Assembly: GCA_016927655.1 (NCBI GenBank) | Contig: JAFGMG010000001.1 | Span: forward strand, 115,599 to 179,598 | Length of the DNA stretch: 64,000 nucleotides | Direction of reading: 5' to 3' | DNA from: Candidatus Dojkabacteria bacterium | GTDB lineage: Bacteria > Patescibacteriota > Dojkabacteria > B142 > JAFGMG01 | In this document: piece by piece, positions 58,222 through 64,000 of the stretch | Numbering within the stretch: the stretch's first letter is position 1 | Layout: each line of letters starts with the position of its first letter | Made by a program: the position numbers and the translations under genes | The notes under the pieces: model-generated | The model's input: only the letters and a program-made list of their open reading frames with translations | Told to the model about the DNA's origin: nothing | Databases searched by the model: none

Positions 58222-58455
58222 TTATCTGCTTAGAACTAGAGCCAACGCTATTGAATTTATTACAAAAAGAACTGCCAGAAAGATTGTCATCCGGGAAAGA
58301 CCCGCCTCCAGGCCTCTTTTTGACCTATAGCTATCACCACCGCCTCCGCCGAAAACTGTTCCCAAACCTCCGCCGCCTTGCTGCAAAAGCACAACAAGTG
58401 AGAGAAGAATCGCAATTACTGCCTCTGAAATCTGCAAAACATTCTTTATTTCCAT
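58222..58455 (-). CDS. secG: Preprotein translocase subunit SecG
   Basis: VLLQQGGGGLGTVFGG...RSKRGLE; two TMs. Confidence 0.92.
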   Translation of the reverse strand: MEIKNVLQISEAVIAILLSLVVLLQQGGGGLGTVFGGGGGDSYRSKRGLEAGLSRMTIFLAVLFVINSIALALVLSR

Positions 58456-58859
58456 GAATTTTCGTCTAATTGTTTAAATATAAATGTCAGAAGGGCAGAA
58501 TATACTGCAGTTACGATAACTGCCAATGTTTCAGTTTCTATTTCCATCATTGGGAATTCTACCGGGCCGAAAGCTCCTCCGAGATATCCCGCTCGAAAGT
58601 CCAGAAAACCTACTACAACAGTATCAAGCATAAAGAAAAACGCAAATGTCAGAAGTGTTCCGACTATCACAAAACCCCAGAAGTTTTTAGGGAACTTGAA
58701 AAATCCAAGTATCGGCTCAATAGCAGAGATAACAAGTCCATACATGATGCCTGTTGCTACAAGAGAAAACACCCCTTCTTCTTCAATGACCCCATTGAAT
58801 GTTGTGACAACGAAGCTTAGAATTAGTATTTGAAATGCTAGATTTTTAATTATTGACAT
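58446..58859 (-). CDS. 4-TM membrane protein, YvlD/phage holin 4-2-like
   Basis: IEPILGFFKFP motif and four TMs; located upstream of secG. Confidence 0.6.
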   Translation of the reverse strand: MSIIKNLAFQILILSFVVTTFNGVIEEEGVFSLVATGIMYGLVISAIEPILGFFKFPKNFWGFVIVGTLLTFAFFFMLDTVVVGFLDFRAGYLGGAFGPVEFPMMEIETETLAVIVTAVYSALLTFIFKQLDENSWK

Positions 58860-58898
58860 GGGGCCATTGCTAATAAATTATCAGGCTATTTTAGCAAA

Positions 58899-59609
58899 TT
58901 AGGAAACAATTGTCCCGATGTACTCTTTCCCAATTAAAGCATTTTTGAAACTTTCCAGGTCGCTTCCTGATATTACAATAAAATTTTTTCCTGCCTCTTT
59001 TGCCATTGCGCTAGCGATAGGGTCTACGGGGTAATTACCTCCTGGTTCATGTTCCTTTTTACCTCCGATAATTTTAAAATATTCATCCCAGGTCAGCTGG
59101 TCTAATCTTGTAGCGCTTGGATCTTTTTTGGGGTCGGCTGTATAAACACCATCTATGTCTTTCAGACTTATAATCGTATCTACATTTATTTTCCCAGCCA
59201 TTAATAACGCATCTACGTCTCCACTATGCCCGGCTCTGCCTCCACCTCCCACTATTATTGATTTGCCTTCTTCAAAATCTATCTGTTTCTCATCATAATA
59301 ATCTTCATAGGCAACAATTCTTTCGTTACACAATTCCGCCATGTACGCGCGTACAATTTCTGCATTCAGATTATTACTTGTTGTCCCGATCCAGTGAAGC
59401 TGGATCGTTTCATTTATTCCTCCAGCTTTTGCAATGTCACGGTATTTACGCATCAGATAGCCTCCGCCCAAAACGATAAACATACGGACATCCTGAGTGA
59501 TTAATTCTTCAACGACTTCTTTGAACCTTGCCAAATATTCAAAATCAATAAGCTTATCTTCACTTTTGCTAATCATCGATCCGCCAAGTTTCACAACAAC
59601 AGTTTTCAT
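58899..59609 (-). CDS. pyrH: UMP kinase (archaeal-type)
   Basis: VVKLGGS, VLGGG..R.Y, DGVYTADPKKD, PGGNYPVDPIA; start moved to ATG 59609. Confidence 0.9.
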   Translation of the reverse strand: MKTVVVKLGGSMISKSEDKLIDFEYLARFKEVVEELITQDVRMFIVLGGGYLMRKYRDIAKAGGINETIQLHWIGTTSNNLNAEIVRAYMAELCNERIVAYEDYYDEKQIDFEEGKSIIVGGGGRAGHSGDVDALLMAGKINVDTIISLKDIDGVYTADPKKDPSATRLDQLTWDEYFKIIGGKKEHEPGGNYPVDPIASAMAKEAGKNFIVISGSDLESFKNALIGKEYIGTIVS

Positions 59610-59698
59610 AGAAAGTTTGATAATATTTCGCATTTTACCTCATTTGGCAATTTAAATTCAAAAATTCGTCAATTTGATATATCATATACAAACAGACT

Positions 59699-60421
59699 AT
59701 GGATTATTTAGGACTAATTCAAAAAGTAAAAGCTCAAGGAGCAGACACTCTTGCTTCTCCGACTTTCCCATTTAACCCGCCTGGAGGGACTATCACCCCT
59801 ACCCCGACACCAGTCGCAGATCAAAATTCAATCACTATCGAGACAGATTCTACGCAAATCACAACTGGCGAAAATATAAAAGTTAGAATCGCAATCGATT
59901 CACAAGCCGAAGAATTAGGAAGCTTCTCAATCACAATCAGTTTCGATCCGGAATATATGAAAGTACTTGATTCAGACCTGACACTTAGCGGGGTTCAGAT
60001 TGATTTTATCGACAGCGTCTTTGAAGCAACGACAAATACTGCTAATAATTCTACCGGAATAATTACTTTAAAAGGCGAGGTTGCAGAAGGCGAGGAGACC
60101 TCTCTTGCAAGGACTGTTGCCGAAATCGAATTTACCGCCTTGAAAGCTGGGACAAGCGAAGTAAAACTGATAGAATCCAGCAGCAGCCTTGTGAGTACAC
60201 AAGGAACTGATGTTCTTGAGGAAACCAACTCTTTGAACTTTAATATCTCCCTGCAGACAGCAACTACTACGAATGATACCGAAACAACTACAATTACCAT
60301 TCCAAAGACCGGGATCTACGATAATCCGGCATATCTCTCCATTTTGATTGGAATTCTCCTAGTGGCAATAGGTATTATCTTAGCTCGCACCTCCTCTAGT
60401 GAAAAAACACGAAAAAACTAA
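59699..60421 (+). CDS. Cohesin-domain surface protein with IPKTG sorting-like signal
   Basis: PT linker; ISFDP..MKV, VAEIEFTALKAGTSEV; IPKTG followed by TM and basic tail. Confidence 0.75.
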   Translation: MDYLGLIQKVKAQGADTLASPTFPFNPPGGTITPTPTPVADQNSITIETDSTQITTGENIKVRIAIDSQAEELGSFSITISFDPEYMKVLDSDLTLSGVQIDFIDSVFEATTNTANNSTGIITLKGEVAEGEETSLARTVAEIEFTALKAGTSEVKLIESSSSLVSTQGTDVLEETNSLNFNISLQTATTTNDTETTTITIPKTGIYDNPAYLSILIGILLVAIGIILARTSSSEKTRKN

Positions 60422-61328
60422 ATCTCTGATGAGCACAATTGTGCAAATTGAGATCAATTCAGATATCAGCAAGGCTCTCGCGGAGGATTTAATTGACAAG
60501 GCCTTTTTGGAGTTTGATTATGTGATCAAAAAATTCTCAAGATTCGATCCTCAAAGTGAGCTCAACCAGCTTAACAGACATTCAGGTGAATTTTTTAGAG
60601 TCTCGGAAGAGCTGTTTACACTGATCGAACTAGCCCTGCAAGCCTCAAAAGAGTCGGGCGATGTCTTTGATCCGACAATAATCGATCTTCTGAAAACTTA
60701 TGGTTACGATAAAAGTTATAACCCGGAGAATATCGTTAGAAAATTAGACAAACCGGGTTTTAAAAAAGATTTTCAACGATTGTTAACCTCAAGACCAAAA
60801 CCAAGGGAGACAGAGCTAGATCAAAGTAACCAAGCGGTCAAACTCCAAAAAGGCCAGAAAATTGACCTCGGGGCGATCGGCAAGGGTTATGCAATCGATT
60901 TGGCAAGAAAAGTGCTCGAGCGAAACGGAATCAGTGATTTTCTGATCAATGCCGGTGGTGATATTTTTGGCAGATCGGTCAGTGCAGATAAGCCGAAAAC
61001 TGCCGCACTTTTCGATCCGCGAAATCCCGACAAATCACTTGGCAATATCAAACTATATAATTCGGCCCTTGCAGGCTCAGGAAATTTTGCTAGAAAAATC
61101 GGGATTTTCCAGCATATAATAAACCCGCTAAAAGGTACAAAAAGTCAAAATAGCGACATTCTGCAGACATACGTGATTGCACCAACAGCAACTGAGGCAG
61201 ATTTGTATTCTACCGTTTTATTTCTAACCGGCAAAAGTGGATTAGATTTGATCCACCAAAAAGGTTATCAAGGGCTAGTCATTTCAAATAGCGGTTTGAA
61301 AGGGAATATTGATATAATTGGCAATTAG
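60399..61328 (+). CDS. apbE: FAD:protein FMN transferase
   Basis: FSRFDPQSEL, FDPTI, IDLGAIGKGYAID, INAGGDI, HIINP, ADLYST. Confidence 0.93.
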   Translation: MKKHEKTKSLMSTIVQIEINSDISKALAEDLIDKAFLEFDYVIKKFSRFDPQSELNQLNRHSGEFFRVSEELFTLIELALQASKESGDVFDPTIIDLLKTYGYDKSYNPENIVRKLDKPGFKKDFQRLLTSRPKPRETELDQSNQAVKLQKGQKIDLGAIGKGYAIDLARKVLERNGISDFLINAGGDIFGRSVSADKPKTAALFDPRNPDKSLGNIKLYNSALAGSGNFARKIGIFQHIINPLKGTKSQNSDILQTYVIAPTATEADLYSTVLFLTGKSGLDLIHQKGYQGLVISNSGLKGNIDIIGN

Positions 61329-61376
61329 AATGTCGTTTTGCTATCATCATTTTTATCAAGTTGTTAGTATAAAAGT

Positions 61377-62444
61377 ATGAAAATAATTATTTTTGCAGGA
61401 GGCCATGGGACCAGACTCTGGCCGCTTTCTAGAAGAAATTCTCCAAAGCAGTTTGAAAAGTTTTTCCATGGCAAATCAACCCTGCAGATGGCAATTGAGA
61501 GAATTTCTCCTATTGTAGAATTTGCAGATATTTACATCAGCAGCAACAGTAAATACCAGACAATTCTGGAAGAGCAGCTTCCAGGAATTCCGGCAGAAAA
61601 TTTCATCTGGGAGCCAGAGCGAAGAGACCTAGCAGCTGCTGTTGGGCTCAGTTTTATGAAATTAAAAGCAGATGGATACGAAGGGCCGGTTGCTATCCTC
61701 TGGGCAGATCATTTAATGGATCACGTTGATGAATTCCGCCAGGCGCTTCTTACCGGGAAAGAACTAATTGAGAAAGATCCAAATAGATTTGTCTATCTTG
61801 GCGAAACTCCCCGATTTGCAAATCACAATCTCGGATGGATTACTGTTGGCGAAAAAATTGATGAAATAAATAAATTTGACATTCTCGAATTTAAAAAATG
61901 GAAGTACAGGCCAGAGCTGGAGCTTTGTAAAAATATGTTTGCATCCGGGAAAAGTTTCTGGAATCCCGGATACTTTGTGACTGCAGTAGATTTTGTAATT
62001 TCTCTTTATCAAAAATTTCAGCCGAAAATTTATTCTCAATTAGAAGAAATTGCGGCAAACCCCCGTTTGCTCGAACAGATTTATCCCGAAATTGAATCCG
62101 TCAGTTTTGACGACGCAATTTTAGAGCACACAACTCCGGATCAGGCAGTTGTGATCAAAGTCAATCTCGGCTGGAGCGATCCCGGGACTCTATACGCACT
62201 AAAAGAAGCTCTGCAAAAAAGTCCTGATGATAATATCACCCAAGGTAAAACTTACGATCTGGGGTCAAAAGATACACTTGTAGTAAACAAAGATGAGAGC
62301 AAACTTGTTGCTACATCAGGGCTCAATGGGATGGTCGTGATAAACACAAAAGATGTCCTTCTAGTTGTTCATAAAGATAATGTGCCGGATGTGAAAAAAA
62401 TCGTTAGTGAATTGGAGGAACGCGGAATGGAGGAATATATTTGA
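61377..62444 (+). CDS. Mannose-1-phosphate guanylyltransferase
   Basis: AGGHGTRLWPLSR..PKQF, EPERRD, ADH, WSDPG. Confidence 0.92.
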   Translation: MKIIIFAGGHGTRLWPLSRRNSPKQFEKFFHGKSTLQMAIERISPIVEFADIYISSNSKYQTILEEQLPGIPAENFIWEPERRDLAAAVGLSFMKLKADGYEGPVAILWADHLMDHVDEFRQALLTGKELIEKDPNRFVYLGETPRFANHNLGWITVGEKIDEINKFDILEFKKWKYRPELELCKNMFASGKSFWNPGYFVTAVDFVISLYQKFQPKIYSQLEEIAANPRLLEQIYPEIESVSFDDAILEHTTPDQAVVIKVNLGWSDPGTLYALKEALQKSPDDNITQGKTYDLGSKDTLVVNKDESKLVATSGLNGMVVINTKDVLLVVHKDNVPDVKKIVSELEERGMEEYI

Positions 62445-62476
62445 CCTCGTAAATTTATTTTTTAGGACTGATTAAT

Positions 62477-62965
62477 ATGCTTATTAAAATTATGGATTGG
62501 GGAGCTGATCTGGCTCACAGTATCGCAAAGCGGATTCCAGTGATTGGGAAATACTTTACGGATCAAGTAATCCGGTTTTTAATTATTGGCACAAGTGCCT
62601 TTTTGATAAATTTCGCTATTTACCAGAGTCTGATTTTATTACTCGATCATTTGATTGATAGCAATGATGACATCATAAGAGCATTGATAGTCGGACTGCC
62701 ATTTCTATTGGCTTACTTCATTGCTTATCTGTTCAATTTCTATATGAGTAAAAAGTGGACATTTAAGAATCAAAGTCCACAAACTGCCAGACAGGCATTT
62801 AAATTTCTAGCAGTAAATACTTTCAATGCAGTCAGCGGTGCAATAATTATTGCAATTTTGGACAACATTGGGATACCGCCGATCATCGGACAGCCGCTGT
62901 TTGTAGCTTGTGAAGCATTTTGGTCATATTTGCTATACAAGCTCTGGGTTTTTAAAGAGCCCTGA
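62477..62965 (+). CDS. GtrA family flippase-like protein
   Basis: RFLIIG, NFYMSKKWTFK, KLWVF; four TMs. Confidence 0.88.
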   Translation: MLIKIMDWGADLAHSIAKRIPVIGKYFTDQVIRFLIIGTSAFLINFAIYQSLILLLDHLIDSNDDIIRALIVGLPFLLAYFIAYLFNFYMSKKWTFKNQSPQTARQAFKFLAVNTFNAVSGAIIIAILDNIGIPPIIGQPLFVACEAFWSYLLYKLWVFKEP

Positions 62966-62982
62966 TCAACATGTAATTTTAA

Positions 62983-63570
62983 TTATTCTTCATCAGATAC
63001 ATCCATACTTGGAAGCCCTTCAACGTCTTTGTGCCAATCAAAAGAAAGTAACTGATGAGCTGCATGTATCGCATCTGATAAGAATTTGAAGTTTGAACCT
63101 ATCCAATCAGGGTCTATCCCTGGCTCATCCGGATCCACTGCTCTTGAATGCTCGGGATGAATTCTTCTTTGTGCGTCAAAGGTTCTAGGAGAAAATCGCC
63201 TGCTAAAGTATGAGTGCAGCGTTTTTATTTTTCTTCGGCGAGAAGTCCAGTCTTCGCCTTTCTCGGGGCGGATTTCTTCAAAATCCACCTTGAGGATGCC
63301 TCCTCTGAAAGGATATCCGAAATAAAATCTCTCATCATATAAGACAGGATCATATTGCTCCCTTGCGTAAACAGCAGCATAATTTAAGGCCGTTGACAAA
63401 TCCGGATTATCATATAATACACTTTGAGGAGAACTAGATTCAGTCATTAGACTCGGTAATTCCTTTGATTTCCATCCATTAAGAATATCCAAAGCTAAAA
63501 TTCTCTTCTGATCTGGATCAAATCTCTGCTCAAATAATTCAATATAGTTTTTTGGGTTAGACTCAGGCAT
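62983..63570 (-). CDS. Hypothetical protein
   Basis: 195-aa ORF filling the gap; no motif recognised. Confidence 0.55.
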   Translation of the reverse strand: MPESNPKNYIELFEQRFDPDQKRILALDILNGWKSKELPSLMTESSSPQSVLYDNPDLSTALNYAAVYAREQYDPVLYDERFYFGYPFRGGILKVDFEEIRPEKGEDWTSRRRKIKTLHSYFSRRFSPRTFDAQRRIHPEHSRAVDPDEPGIDPDWIGSNFKFLSDAIHAAHQLLSFDWHKDVEGLPSMDVSDEE

Positions 63571-63658
63571 AACGATACTTATTATATATGTATTATATTT
63601 GCTTACTTCTAATTGTGCAACATTTTGCTATAATTGCACTTATGTATTAAAGATTGAA

Positions 63659-64000
63659 ATGACAATTCTTATCACCGGCGGAGCGGGCTACATCGGTTCT
63701 ATTACTGCAGCAAAACTAATCCAATCCGGTTATAAAGTAATAATTCTCGACAATCTTGAAAAAGGACACCAGGAAACTCTAGATCAAATAAAGCAGGTCG
63801 CAGGTGATTTTGAATTTATAAAAGTTGATTTGCGTGACAAGGAAAAGCTCGAGCTTGCACTTGGAGAGGTTGACTTTGATGCAGTTATTCATTTTGCAGC
63901 ATATATTGAGGTGGGCAGGAGCGTGAAAGAGCCAAAGGAGTTCATGGAGAATAATTTTGGCGGAGCAAAAAATTTGATTGAGGTAATCGTCAAAAAAGGA
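63659..64000 (+). CDS. galE: UDP-glucose 4-epimerase (partial, runs off the window end)
   Basis: Not in the ORF track; MTILITGGAGYIGS...ILDNLEKGH...DLRD...AVIHFAAYIEVGRSVKEP; TGCTATAAT at 63626-63634. Confidence 0.92.
   Translation, partial: MTILITGGAGYIGSITAAKLIQSGYKVIILDNLEKGHQETLDQIKQVAGDFEFIKVDLRDKEKLELALGEVDFDAVIHFAAYIEVGRSVKEPKEFMENNFGGAKNLIEVIVKKG

Noticed and set aside
58446-58859. Prophage suggested by the holin-like gene, ORF6N or the XRE regulator
   Set aside because: These genes are scattered among housekeeping genes, and no structural, terminase or integrase genes are present.
1-64000. Stop-codon reassignment (code 25/4)
   Set aside because: Conserved genes end at TGA at expected lengths (12587, 47959, 62444) and are uninterrupted under code 11.

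Overview
AT-rich, densely coding bacterial chromosome segment. The standard code 11 is used (TGA is a stop). Gene content, the scarcity of Shine-Dalgarno sites, and the pyrH-holin-like-secG-peptide SBP order suggest a Patescibacteria/CPR organism; this is an inference, not a search result. Housekeeping genes: folD, glyA, recJ, recX, rplS, rnhB, gatA/B/C, secD/F/G, pyrH, rsmE, sppA, lemA. Also present: a type IV pilus/pseudopilus cluster, many glycosyltransferases, membrane-anchored secreted hydrolases, a heliorhodopsin and four tRNAs (Arg-TCG, Lys-CTT, Leu-GAG, Asp-GTC). Best leads: (1) at 8913-9581, a short GIY-YIG nuclease sits inside an array of tRNA-Asp-derived repeats whose anticodon arm is replaced by a fixed palindrome and which all break at the T-loop; (2) an Elp3 gene lies head-to-head with a Trm9/ALKBH8-like methyltransferase, suggesting a eukaryote-type mcm5U34 pathway; (3) a perfect 35-bp palindrome lies inside an ORF6N gene, and its 15-bp core recurs upstream of a response regulator promoter; (4) a ~180-nt structured transcript has its own promoter and terminator (6S-like RNA or attenuator); (5) leaderless promoter architecture is widespread. 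No CRISPR array, integrase, transposase or rRNA was seen. All protein calls are motif-based by eye, with no database searches.
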